IMG/VR virus record: IMGVR_UViG_3300032136_000002
Coordinates: 1 to 64,000 of that record
Source: a virus
DNA length: 64,000 nt
Strand: one strand, 5' to 3'
The number at the start of each line of letters is the position of its first letter. Positions within the stretch are counted from its first letter, which is position 1. Positions 55,531 to 64,000 of the stretch are shown piece after piece. Position numbers and translations under genes: made by a program. The notes beneath the pieces were generated by a model. That model saw nothing but the letters and a program-made list of their open reading frames with translations. It searched no databases and was not told the DNA's origin.

Positions 55531-56928
55531 TTGGCGGTGCACAACGAGCTGCGGCTAATCAGCAAGGTCATTGAGACCGGAGACGTACGTCCCCTGATTC
55601 GTTCCCGCATGACACCATCGTTGTTCCGCAATCCTGAAGCCCGCGCCATGTTCGAGGAGCTGTGGCGCTACTACCACAACCAACGCCACTACGGCGAGAC
55701 CCCCAAGCGTGGGTGGATGGAGTCGAAGTTTCAGAGCTTTACCCTCTTCCCTGGCATCGACGAGTCGGTCACAGAGCTGGTCGAGTACGTTCGGCGTGAC
55801 ACGCTCGCCCAGCGCATCTACGAAGTGCTCACCTCAACCTATGAGCACATCCACACCGACCCCCATGAAGCCCTCAACCTGCTCTACCAGCAGGCCGGCG
55901 AGCTCAAATCCATCAGTGCCCACAAGGGCTCGAACTTCACGCTACACGAGGTGACTGAAGAAATCTGGGAGCGATACCTAGAAAAAGAACGTTTACGCCT
56001 ATCTGGAGGAGTCAGTGGCATCCCATGGCCTTGGGCGCCACTGAACAAAGTAACTGGAGGACTCGAGAATGAACAGCTCATCGTCCTTTACGGTCCTCCA
56101 AAGTCAATGAAAACCATGTTCGCCGTTCAACTCGCAGTCCATGCCTACCTGTGGAACAACCAGCGGGTCCTTCTCTACTCCGCTGAGATGCCACGAAAAG
56201 ATATGCAGGACCGCATGGCGGCGTGCATCGCTGAGGTGGACTACGGTCGCATTGACCTTGGCTACCTCACCGTCGACGAAAAGGCGCGCTACAAGGATGC
56301 TCTCGACTTCATCCGCGACGAGGCCCTGGCCAACCCGTCCGGCCGAGGACCTATGCTCCACTACGCTTCGGACCACGAAGCAGACGTGCGAGGCAACGTA
56401 GCCCTCATCCGGTCCCTGGCCGAAGAGCTCGAAGCCGACCTGGTCATCGTCGACTCCTTCTATCGCCTGGCTGACCGGTCAGGCCGAGTGGACCTCGACT
56501 GGAAGGTCGTCGGCAACGTCGCTCAGGATCTTAAAGCGCTGGCTAAGCACTTGGGCATTCCCGTCCTCGGCATCACTCAAGCCAACGAGGGCAAGCAGCT
56601 GGCCTTCTCAAAGGTTATCAGCATGGAGACTGACCTGGCCATGATGGTGGAGATGGCCTACGAGTGTTCAGAGTACACGGACCTCAACCTCACCTTCACC
56701 GCGAGCCGCAAGATCAAACAGCCCGGATTTCAACTTCGAGTCCAACCCTACACCCGGTTCTCCTTCCAAGGGTGGTTGGAGTTCAAGGACGCAGAGTCAA
56801 ACTACGAGGTTGACCAGGGCACCAAAGCAACCAACTTCGGCAACAAGCGGGCACCCCGTCCCAAGGGCCCGCCTCCCATCAACAACGACGCCGCGCTCAT
56901 TCACGACCTGGTAACCCGAGCACACTGA
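55531..56928 (+). CDS. DnaB-like replicative helicase
   Basis: GIPWPW, Walker A GPPKSMKT, SAEM, VIVDS, ITQAN. Confidence 0.9.
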   Translation: MAVHNELRLISKVIETGDVRPLIRSRMTPSLFRNPEARAMFEELWRYYHNQRHYGETPKRGWMESKFQSFTLFPGIDESVTELVEYVRRDTLAQRIYEVLTSTYEHIHTDPHEALNLLYQQAGELKSISAHKGSNFTLHEVTEEIWERYLEKERLRLSGGVSGIPWPWAPLNKVTGGLENEQLIVLYGPPKSMKTMFAVQLAVHAYLWNNQRVLLYSAEMPRKDMQDRMAACIAEVDYGRIDLGYLTVDEKARYKDALDFIRDEALANPSGRGPMLHYASDHEADVRGNVALIRSLAEELEADLVIVDSFYRLADRSGRVDLDWKVVGNVAQDLKALAKHLGIPVLGITQANEGKQLAFSKVISMETDLAMMVEMAYECSEYTDLNLTFTASRKIKQPGFQLRVQPYTRFSFQGWLEFKDAESNYEVDQGTKATNFGNKRAPRPKGPPPINNDAALIHDLVTRAH

Positions 56929-56929
56929 A

Positions 56930-57198
56930 TTGACGTCCTCCCTCGCCTAAAGGCGAGGGATTCTTGAAAGGAAGCAACTTTGGTTATTAGTCACAACCTA
57001 TCAAGATGGTTCACGTTTCACCGAGACGCGCAGCGTCGAGGGGAAGCCTCGCCGATGTCTTACCGTCTCTCCGCGTGCTGCTGGGGCCCGCCCGGCCCCC
57101 AGCAGCGTTCTATCACGAGCGAAGCGCTTTACAACCCAAAAGGAAGGCGCGCTTTCCTCCCCCGGCTAAAGCCGGGGGTCTCCAGCGCGCAAAATTAG
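56930..57198 (-). mobile_element. 269-bp non-autonomous IS200/IS605 omegaRNA element, copy 3 (inverted)
   Basis: Reverse complement of copies 1 and 2; lies between the helicase stop and the primase ATG. Confidence 0.9.
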
Positions 57199-58212
57199 AT
57201 GAGCGCAGTAGTTGAAACTCTCACCCCCCTGGTGGGCTCTTTCCGCAAGAGCGGGACTGACTGGGTCACCCGGTCGTGTCCCTTCCACAGCGACCGCACA
57301 CCCTCATTCGCGGTCAACACGCGGAACGGCTGCTGGGTTTGTCACAGCTGTGGGCAGAAAGGGACGCTGCCCCGGCTGCTGAAGCTCCTCGGCCTCCCCC
57401 GCGAACAAGTCGACCGCATCATGACTCCTCTGCGAGAGCAACTTGAGGAGTACGTGCGGAGACAACAATTTGCGCTCGACCACCGGTTTGAGCGAGACCC
57501 CTTCCGGGCCGACTACCCCTTGCCTGAGCACCTCTTGGGCCTCTACGACTTCTGCCCAACGCTCCTGCTCGAAAAGGGGTTCGACCCCGCGGTCCTGCAG
57601 TCCCTCGACATCGGATTTGACCGAGGACGCAACCGCATCACCTTCCCCATCAGAGACCTCTACGGGAACCTGGCCGGCCTCTCAGGCCGCACCACGGTCG
57701 GGGCCTATCCAAGGTACAAGGTCTACACCGCCGGCTTCGAGGCAAGCACCGGCTGGGTAAACAGCGACTTCGGGGCCAACTTCGATGAGGAGTACCCCGA
57801 CTACACCATCGACAAGAGCCGCTTTTTGTGGAACGGCCACGAGGCCCTCCCCATCGCAATGGACTCCCCTTCAGAAGAGCCTGTTATCGTTGTGGAAGGC
57901 TACAAGGCGTGTTTGTGGTTGATTCAAGCCGGGTTTCCCTTGACCGTAGCCCTAATGGGCGCCTCGCTGAGCACATTCCAAGCTGACCTCTTACGCCGCT
58001 TGGCCAACCCCATCGTACTGTTCCTCGACAACAATTCCGCGGGTCACGCGGGTACAAGAAGAGCAGTCGATAGTCTTAGCCGTTCCAACACCGTAAAATC
58101 CGTGACATACCCTGACTGGGCAATTTCATCTACGCAACCTGACGACTTTGAGACTGACGTACTTAACCACTTGATACTCAACGCAAAGCCTGAGTACTGG
58201 AAAGGAAACTGA
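57199..58212 (+). CDS. DnaG-type DNA primase
   Basis: CPFH..DRTPSF...CHSC zinc finger; RITFPI; Toprim VVEG and LFLDN. Confidence 0.9.
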   Translation: MSAVVETLTPLVGSFRKSGTDWVTRSCPFHSDRTPSFAVNTRNGCWVCHSCGQKGTLPRLLKLLGLPREQVDRIMTPLREQLEEYVRRQQFALDHRFERDPFRADYPLPEHLLGLYDFCPTLLLEKGFDPAVLQSLDIGFDRGRNRITFPIRDLYGNLAGLSGRTTVGAYPRYKVYTAGFEASTGWVNSDFGANFDEEYPDYTIDKSRFLWNGHEALPIAMDSPSEEPVIVVEGYKACLWLIQAGFPLTVALMGASLSTFQADLLRRLANPIVLFLDNNSAGHAGTRRAVDSLSRSNTVKSVTYPDWAISSTQPDDFETDVLNHLILNAKPEYWKGN

Positions 58213-58213
58213 A

Positions 58214-59422
58214 ATGCCTGAGACACGCTACATCACCAAGCCTCGAAGGTTCCATCAAGGCCTCGGCCATCAAATGCGGAATGCCGGCAGCGCCTTCGGC
58301 AGCTTCTCTGACCGGTGGCAACCACCGGACGCTGGTGAAGCTCCTCCAGCCTTCATCACCCTCATCAACGGGAACTACGAACAGGAGGTTGAGCTAGCTG
58401 ACACCGGAGAAAAAGGAGTCATCACTACTCACTCTTGGACCTACTTCCGCCACTGGATGCCCTTCGCCCACAGGTACGAAACTTGCTCTGCCGGGCTGAA
58501 ACTCTACACCAGCGATACCGGAGCTTGGGTATTCCAGGTAGGAAGTGGGCCCTGTGAGCTATGCAACGCTGACGGAGTGAACAACCCTCAGCTCATTCAA
58601 GCTGCCACCATCGGTGTATGGGGGTTGCAGCATGAGGTGAAGACAAAAGTCCCTGGCCAAGACCGGGAACGAACGAGCTGGGAGCTTTGCGCCAAGCGGG
58701 GCTGTCCCCATTGCGACGCAGGGAATACCCCTGTCCCCGTCCGACGCGCCTGGTGGCCAGCACGATCGAAGGATATGGCCGCCCTGGGCATCTACGAAGC
58801 GGAAAACTTGGGGCTCAAGTGCAGTGCCGGTTGCGACGAGGACATGCACACGGCAGGCAGTCAATGCGGAAACTGTCCGCATATTTTCATCGCACTCGAA
58901 GAGACGAGCATGACTGAAGCAGAGTTTCAGAGCCACTTGTCTGCCGCTACCACTTGTCCGGACTGCAACTCTTACGAGTACCCTCAGCCAATTCGAGAAT
59001 GCCCCACTTGCGGGAACACCGAATCCCCTGAGATCTATGACGTGCGTATCAAACTCGTTATGAAGAAGGAGTCAACCACTAATCGTCGAGGTAGGCAGCA
59101 AAATCGTTACGAACTTCAGCTTCTAGGTGACCGCAAGATCACTGCAGAGCAGCAAGCTCAGCTCGCGGAAATAGCTGTTCCTTACGATTTCGACCAGATT
59201 GTTGGTCCATCTTCTCTTGACGAGCAGCGGGCATTGCTCAACGAACCTACTCGAGGAGGGCAAGGGCAACCGAGCCAACAGCTCCCCGCCTCCTCCCAGA
59301 ACCAGTACGTTGACTATAACCGCGCTGGTGGGCAACATCCCGCTGCGCCTCCGACGGCCCCGCCGCTTGCAGGGCGACCTGACTTCTTCCGGAAGCCCAA
59401 CCTGACCAGCGGCCAACGATAA
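58214..59422 (+). CDS. Cys-rich putative single-stranded DNA-binding protein
   Basis: Between primase and polymerase; several CxxC pairs; disordered C-terminus. Confidence 0.45.
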   Translation: MPETRYITKPRRFHQGLGHQMRNAGSAFGSFSDRWQPPDAGEAPPAFITLINGNYEQEVELADTGEKGVITTHSWTYFRHWMPFAHRYETCSAGLKLYTSDTGAWVFQVGSGPCELCNADGVNNPQLIQAATIGVWGLQHEVKTKVPGQDRERTSWELCAKRGCPHCDAGNTPVPVRRAWWPARSKDMAALGIYEAENLGLKCSAGCDEDMHTAGSQCGNCPHIFIALEETSMTEAEFQSHLSAATTCPDCNSYEYPQPIRECPTCGNTESPEIYDVRIKLVMKKESTTNRRGRQQNRYELQLLGDRKITAEQQAQLAEIAVPYDFDQIVGPSSLDEQRALLNEPTRGGQGQPSQQLPASSQNQYVDYNRAGGQHPAAPPTAPPLAGRPDFFRKPNLTSGQR

Positions 59423-59433
59423 CCTTCAACCCA

Positions 59434-59467
59434 GTCTCCCCCAGGGGCCGAAGCCCCTGGGGGAGAC
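59434..59467 (+). terminator. strong stem-loop
   Basis: GTCTCCCCCAGGGGC-CGAA-GCCCCTGGGGGAGAC perfect stem. Confidence 0.55.
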
Positions 59468-59480
59468 GTCTACCTACGAG

Positions 59481-61517
59481 GTGACCATGCATTGGACCAT
59501 CGACCGGCCCGACCCCGTACGCATATGCACTGATTCAGATTTGAGAGCCCTCAAAGACAAGCTGGCCAACAACCCGGTGGCCGCCTTTGATACTGAGACC
59601 ACTGGCCTTCACCCCACTGACGACCACATCCTGTTTTGGTCTCTGTCGACCGGCGACGACCGTTACTTCCTCGAGCGCCAGCACCTCGAACCCATGCGCC
59701 AGGTGATGGAGGACCCTGAGCGGACATGGATAGGGACGCATACCAAGTATGACGCCCACATGATGGCCAACGCGGGCATCACTTTAAGTGGTCAGTGGTA
59801 CTGCACCCTGGTCATGGACCGGATGGTGGACTGTGACCAGCCCCACGGTCTGAAGGACGTCTACGAGCGAGAGTTCGACGAACACGTCTTGTCCTTCGGG
59901 GAGGTGTTCTACCCGCGCAACGCAGTGGGCAAGCCGGCAAAACCCAAAGGTAAAGAGATGGGTGAGATCCTTCTCGAAGCCTGGGACAGCCGACCCGACG
60001 AAGTAATCGAGTACGCCTCCCTCGACGCCTGGATGAGCTTCAGGATTTTCAGGGTCCTCCAACAGCGCCTGAAAGACACGGTGACCTGGAGAGGACAGGA
60101 CATGTGGGACCTCTACCTCGACATCGAGGAGCCCTTCACTCACGTCCTGCACGGGATGGAGCGGCGAGGCATGGTCCTCGACGTGCCCTACCTCGAAGCC
60201 CAGGGCAAGAAGATGGAGGAGGAGGTTGACCGGCTCAAGCGCAAGCTAGCCAAGGTGGCCGGCCGAGTCATCAATCCTGGCAGCACCAAGCAACTCGTTG
60301 AGTATTTTTTCGAGGTCAAAGGCCTCCCCGTCACCAAGTACACGGACAAGGGAGCCCCTGCCGTCGACAAGCATGTCTTGGCCGAACTCACCAAGATGGG
60401 AGTGGAAGAAGCTGGAATCGTCGCTGAAATACGGAAGGTCGACAAAACCCACAGCGCCTTCGTCACGGGACTCGTCAACAAGATCAGCCCCGACGGCCGT
60501 ATCCACAGCACCTTCAACCAGCACGTCGCAGACACCACCCGCCTGAGTAGCAACAACCCCAACCTCCAGCAAATACCCAACCCCGAGAACGACCCCTGGA
60601 ACATCCGCAAGGCCTTCATCGCCCCTAAAGGGCACGTCTACCTCGCCTGTGACTATGATCAAATCGAGCTTTACATCACAGCCCACTTCAGTCGAGATCC
60701 CGCGTTACTCGACGCCATCTCCAAAGGTCGAGACCTGCACGCTGCTACAGCCGCTTTTGTATGGAACGAGAACTACGACGATATAGTTGCCGCCAAGAAG
60801 AACAAAGAGGACACCGGTGAACGCGCAAACTTCTTACGAAGTATACGTCAGTTTGCGAAAGTTGTCGGGTTCGGTTTACTTTACGGGAAAGGGCCGAATT
60901 TACTAGCCTCCGAGCTAGGGTTCTTCGACAAAGTAAAGGCAAAACACCCCAAGGCCACCGAGAAACAAATTACGTCAGAGGCCAAGAAGATGGCCATAGA
61001 ATTGACGGAAAAGTATTTCGACCGCATGCCTCTCGTTCGAGACTTCATCAAGCGCACCCACGAGATGGCCGCGGACTTCAAGTACGTGGAGACGTGGATG
61101 GGCCGGCGGCGTTGGCTGCGTCAGGTCGCTGACCAGGAACTGATTGACGCTCACCAGGCCCACGCCATCGAGGTAGCTATTCGGCGGCACCGTGACCCCT
61201 CACAGGCCCTTTGCTGGTGTGACATCTGCAGAGACACCCGCGCTGGCGAGAGGCGGGCCACCAACAGTCCAGTCCAAGGTACAGCCTCCGACGTCATCCA
61301 GTGCGCCCTAAACCAGATGCATTATGATAGTCAGTTAGGGGGTATCGGACTCATCCTTCAGGTCCATGACGAGGCTGGATTTTACGTGCCAAAAGATATC
61401 GTGCAGGATGTGAAACCGCGCATACAATGGCACTTAGAGAATCCCGGGATCGACGACCTGCAAGTCCCCCTCCGTGCAGGCCTAGAGACAGGGCCAAACT
61501 GGCAGGAGGCCAAATAG
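59481..61517 (+). CDS. polA: family A DNA polymerase with 3'-5' exonuclease
   Basis: Exo I FDTET; RLSSNNPNLQ; motif A DYDQIE; motif B RQFAKVVGFGLLYG; motif C VHDE. Confidence 0.95.
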   Translation: MTMHWTIDRPDPVRICTDSDLRALKDKLANNPVAAFDTETTGLHPTDDHILFWSLSTGDDRYFLERQHLEPMRQVMEDPERTWIGTHTKYDAHMMANAGITLSGQWYCTLVMDRMVDCDQPHGLKDVYEREFDEHVLSFGEVFYPRNAVGKPAKPKGKEMGEILLEAWDSRPDEVIEYASLDAWMSFRIFRVLQQRLKDTVTWRGQDMWDLYLDIEEPFTHVLHGMERRGMVLDVPYLEAQGKKMEEEVDRLKRKLAKVAGRVINPGSTKQLVEYFFEVKGLPVTKYTDKGAPAVDKHVLAELTKMGVEEAGIVAEIRKVDKTHSAFVTGLVNKISPDGRIHSTFNQHVADTTRLSSNNPNLQQIPNPENDPWNIRKAFIAPKGHVYLACDYDQIELYITAHFSRDPALLDAISKGRDLHAATAAFVWNENYDDIVAAKKNKEDTGERANFLRSIRQFAKVVGFGLLYGKGPNLLASELGFFDKVKAKHPKATEKQITSEAKKMAIELTEKYFDRMPLVRDFIKRTHEMAADFKYVETWMGRRRWLRQVADQELIDAHQAHAIEVAIRRHRDPSQALCWCDICRDTRAGERRATNSPVQGTASDVIQCALNQMHYDSQLGGIGLILQVHDEAGFYVPKDIVQDVKPRIQWHLENPGIDDLQVPLRAGLETGPNWQEAK

Positions 61518-61518
61518 T

Positions 61519-61908
61519 ATGACTCGGATACAACTGAGGAAGAGGGTGTTAGCGACGGTGCCCGTGGACATCCGAAAAGCCATGGGCGAGCTGAGCGAGC
61601 CCATCACGAACCACATCGTCGACGCTACGCTCGAAGCAATCATGGACGCCACGGTTGAGGGAGAGAAAGTGCGGATTTACGGGTTCGGCTCGTTGGAGAC
61701 GAGCGTTCGCCCACCTCACCTGGTGTATTGCAACCTCAGCCACGATCCGGGTTTCAAAGTGACCAAGCCCCACGTTCGAGTCTACCTGCGGCCCTGTACC
61801 GCCTGGAAAGACCGGTTATCCTGTCAGGTCCAAAACCAGTTCGACGAGATAGCTGAACAGCAGCTTAGGCTCGCAAAACAAAAGACCAAAGGAGTTCGCA
61901 ATGGATAA
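61519..61908 (+). CDS. HU/IHF-like DNA-binding protein
   Basis: GEKVRIYGFGSL. Confidence 0.75.
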   Translation: MTRIQLRKRVLATVPVDIRKAMGELSEPITNHIVDATLEAIMDATVEGEKVRIYGFGSLETSVRPPHLVYCNLSHDPGFKVTKPHVRVYLRPCTAWKDRLSCQVQNQFDEIAEQQLRLAKQKTKGVRNG

Positions 61909-62074
61909 GTACGGGTACGTTCCGGAGGACCCATCTGACCTCGAGAAGCGCGCCGGCAAAGAGGCTGTCTGCCCTGTCTGCGGCGCCCAGTTGAGCGGCA
62001 CCCCGCCGGTCTGTCCTTCCTGTGGCAGCCGGCCCTTCGAGAAAAGGAACACTGATGGGCAAAAAGACAGCTGA
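61901..62074 (+). CDS. 57-aa double Zn-ribbon protein
   Basis: Manual translation MDKYG...LEKRA...CPVCG...CPSCG; RBS AAGGAG. Confidence 0.6.
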   Translation: MDKYGYVPEDPSDLEKRAGKEAVCPVCGAQLSGTPPVCPSCGSRPFEKRNTDGQKDS

Positions 62075-63305
62075 GCCTGAACTCACACGCCAAGAAGTGA
62101 TTGCCCGCACCCTCCAAAACATCAACACGACGCTCAACGCCGAGACGGCCAAGAGCGAGTGGAAGGAGTACGTGGTCCTAGCCAAGGACGTGACAAGCCC
62201 CTTCCTCCTCCGCCGGCCGACCGGCCTTGCCAGCCTCGACATCTGCCTGGGGGGCGGCTTCCCTGCGGGAGGCTCCATCCAGATAGGGGCCAAGGACGGG
62301 GTGGGCAAGAACGCGCTGACCTTACAGACCCTTGCCATGAACCAACGTATCTACGGCAAAGAGTCAGCCGTCGCCTGGTGCCCCACCGAGGTGAAGTTCG
62401 ACAAGCCCTTCGCCCACATGTTCGGCGTGGCCGTGCCTATGAGCACTGAAGAGGTCGCTCAGTACGCAACTGCTCGAGAGGGGTTGGGCTACCCCCCAAT
62501 GAGCAAGGACGAACTCAAGATGTGCAAGCGGTCTGTAGGTACCTTCGTCGTCATCGACCAAGGCTCCACAGCCCAACGACTTGATGCCGTAGCCCAGCTC
62601 GTCCAGAGCAATGCCTTCCAAATCATCGTCATAGACTCTGTCGCCGCCATCTTGACTAATCAGAGGGACGACACCCCGCTCGACGAGTTCGCCCAGCAAT
62701 CCAGCGAGGCCTTCCTCCTGAGCGAGTGGCAGAAGAAAATGTACGGCGCCTACAACTCAGGCTCCCCTCGAGACCCGAACTACACCACGACCATCATGAT
62801 CAACCAGGTACGGGCCAAGCGGAACAGGAAGGGCCCCTTCGACCGAGACTGGGAGATCAAGGGGGCTCACGCGCTACGCCACGCCAAGCTCGGAGACATC
62901 GTCCTGTCCCGCGGAGAGATACTGGTCTCCACGGAGAAGCAGAAGGAGGACCCTGAGGACCTCACCGCCCGCAAGAAGGTGAAGCACCAAATCGGCAAGA
63001 AGGTGAGGTGGGAGATAGCCAAAGGCAAGGCTGGCTTCCACGAGGGACCCAAGGGCATGGTGGAGTACCACTACGACACCGGCTTCTATATCGAGAAGGA
63101 CCTGGTAGACACCGCTTTCGGGCTCGGCCTCATCGTCCAGGTCAAGCAGGGCACCTACGCCCTGATAACTCCGGACGGAGAAGTGGTAGAAGAAGTACGA
63201 GGCAGGAAAGGTTTTTACGAAAAGGCGTATGACATCGAATGGTTTGACAAGGTGTACAAGATGATTTTGCGGAAGGCTGATATCACGTGCTTGTTCAAGC
63301 TGTAG
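62055..63305 (+). CDS. recA: RecA-like recombinase
   Basis: PTGLASLDICLGGGFP, GAKDGVGKN, IVIDSVAA, INQVR, GAHALRH. Confidence 0.9.
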   Translation: MGKKTAEPELTRQEVIARTLQNINTTLNAETAKSEWKEYVVLAKDVTSPFLLRRPTGLASLDICLGGGFPAGGSIQIGAKDGVGKNALTLQTLAMNQRIYGKESAVAWCPTEVKFDKPFAHMFGVAVPMSTEEVAQYATAREGLGYPPMSKDELKMCKRSVGTFVVIDQGSTAQRLDAVAQLVQSNAFQIIVIDSVAAILTNQRDDTPLDEFAQQSSEAFLLSEWQKKMYGAYNSGSPRDPNYTTTIMINQVRAKRNRKGPFDRDWEIKGAHALRHAKLGDIVLSRGEILVSTEKQKEDPEDLTARKKVKHQIGKKVRWEIAKGKAGFHEGPKGMVEYHYDTGFYIEKDLVDTAFGLGLIVQVKQGTYALITPDGEVVEEVRGRKGFYEKAYDIEWFDKVYKMILRKADITCLFKL

Positions 63306-63802
63306 CTCGGTTCCGCGGGGAGACCTACTGCGCTCAATGCCAACGGCTCAAACCCTGTACCACCCTCACCATGCAATGCAAGGAACGGGGAACGACGGTC
63401 AGCCATGCGTTCTGTGAGCAATGCGTCCGCGAGGGCATCGGCATTGAGGTCGCTCTCCCTGACCCGCAAGTCCAACGTTCACTCGCTCGCCGGCGGCGAA
63501 TGTCCCGCCTGGGTGAGCGCGCTACCGCTCGAGAGATTGGAGGGAAGCTGACCCCCAACTCCGGAGCAACGAGAGGAGACGGAGATGTTTTGACCGACCA
63601 ATGGATGGTCGAAGAGAAAAAGACCACGAGCAAGAGCTACCGCTTGTCAGTGAACCAGCTGGACAAGACCAAGGCCCAGGCTCACGCCCATCAGCGGGAT
63701 TGGGTGATGCGCATTCGCATGCCCGAGACAGACCTTGCCGTGGTCGACTGGAATGTCTTGAGAGGACTGGTGATCGAGCGTGAACCGACTGACCGAGAAT
63801 GA
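63287..63802 (+). CDS. Holliday junction resolvase-like PD-(D/E)xK nuclease
   Basis: E...GG..TPNSGA...GD...EEKKTTSKSY. Confidence 0.65.
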   Translation: MLVQAVARFRGETYCAQCQRLKPCTTLTMQCKERGTTVSHAFCEQCVREGIGIEVALPDPQVQRSLARRRRMSRLGERATAREIGGKLTPNSGATRGDGDVLTDQWMVEEKKTTSKSYRLSVNQLDKTKAQAHAHQRDWVMRIRMPETDLAVVDWNVLRGLVIEREPTDRE

Positions 63803-64000
63803 GTTCAATTTCATCGAAATGTGGGAAATCGAGAAAGAACTGGACCAATGGGCTCGTCATCTCGACGACAACCCCATCCCCTGGAAGACTGAACACGAAT
63901 GGAACGCCCACCGAGCTGAGCACTGTTTCCACCCCTCCGCCCTGGCGCGCTACTTATGCGGCATTCAGCCCTGCAAACTATACCTCTGGCACATGCTGAT
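63780..64000 (+). CDS. partial Cas4-like/PD-(D/E)xK exonuclease (runs off window edge)
   Basis: The frame from GTG 63780 gives ...FHPSAL...C...CKLYLW, a typical N-terminus of phage Cas4-like exonucleases. Confidence 0.45.
   Translation, partial: MNRLTENEFNFIEMWEIEKELDQWARHLDDNPIPWKTEHEWNAHRAEHCFHPSALARYLCGIQPCKLYLWHML

Noticed and set aside
59434-59467. Hairpin resembling an IS200/IS605 end
   Set aside because: No GAAT/TCAA context, scaffold or partner end; better explained as a terminator or stabiliser.
63799-63999. ORF-track frame MSSISSKCG...
   Set aside because: The alternative frame from GTG 63780 has better codon usage and an exonuclease-like FHPS motif.
1-64000. tRNA/rRNA genes, integrase, tnpA, alternative genetic code
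   Set aside because: None recognised by eye; long genes read through in the standard code and TAG, TGA and TAA all serve as stops.

Overview
A 64-kb internal segment of a large, GC-rich tailed (myovirus-like) dsDNA phage genome. The minus strand from ~50.1 kb to ~7.8 kb carries a virion morphogenesis cluster: intein-containing portal, a 2039-aa single-chain beta/beta' RNA polymerase, baseplate spike, terminase, prohead protease, scaffold/internal proteins rich in K-x-A motifs, decoration, major capsid, neck, tail sheath and tube. The plus strand from ~50.2 kb carries a replication/recombination cluster: SF2 helicase with mini-intein, UDG, DnaB, DnaG, PolA, HU, RecA and nucleases. Superimposed is a set of IS200/IS605-derived RNA-guided elements. 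One is an intact tnpB with its own omegaRNA. Three are near-identical 269-bp non-autonomous omegaRNA-carrying elements, each inserted exactly in front of an ATG start codon. The standout is an apparently immobilised omegaRNA cassette at 21.3-21.6 kb whose 3' end is duplicated into a two-guide, CRISPR-like mini-array. Both guides match TAM-flanked sites in the adjacent phage head genes, but the phage's own copies differ by synonymous seed substitutions. This suggests an RNA-guided homing or phage-competition system with built-in self-immunity. All product calls come from motif recognition and synteny, not database searches.
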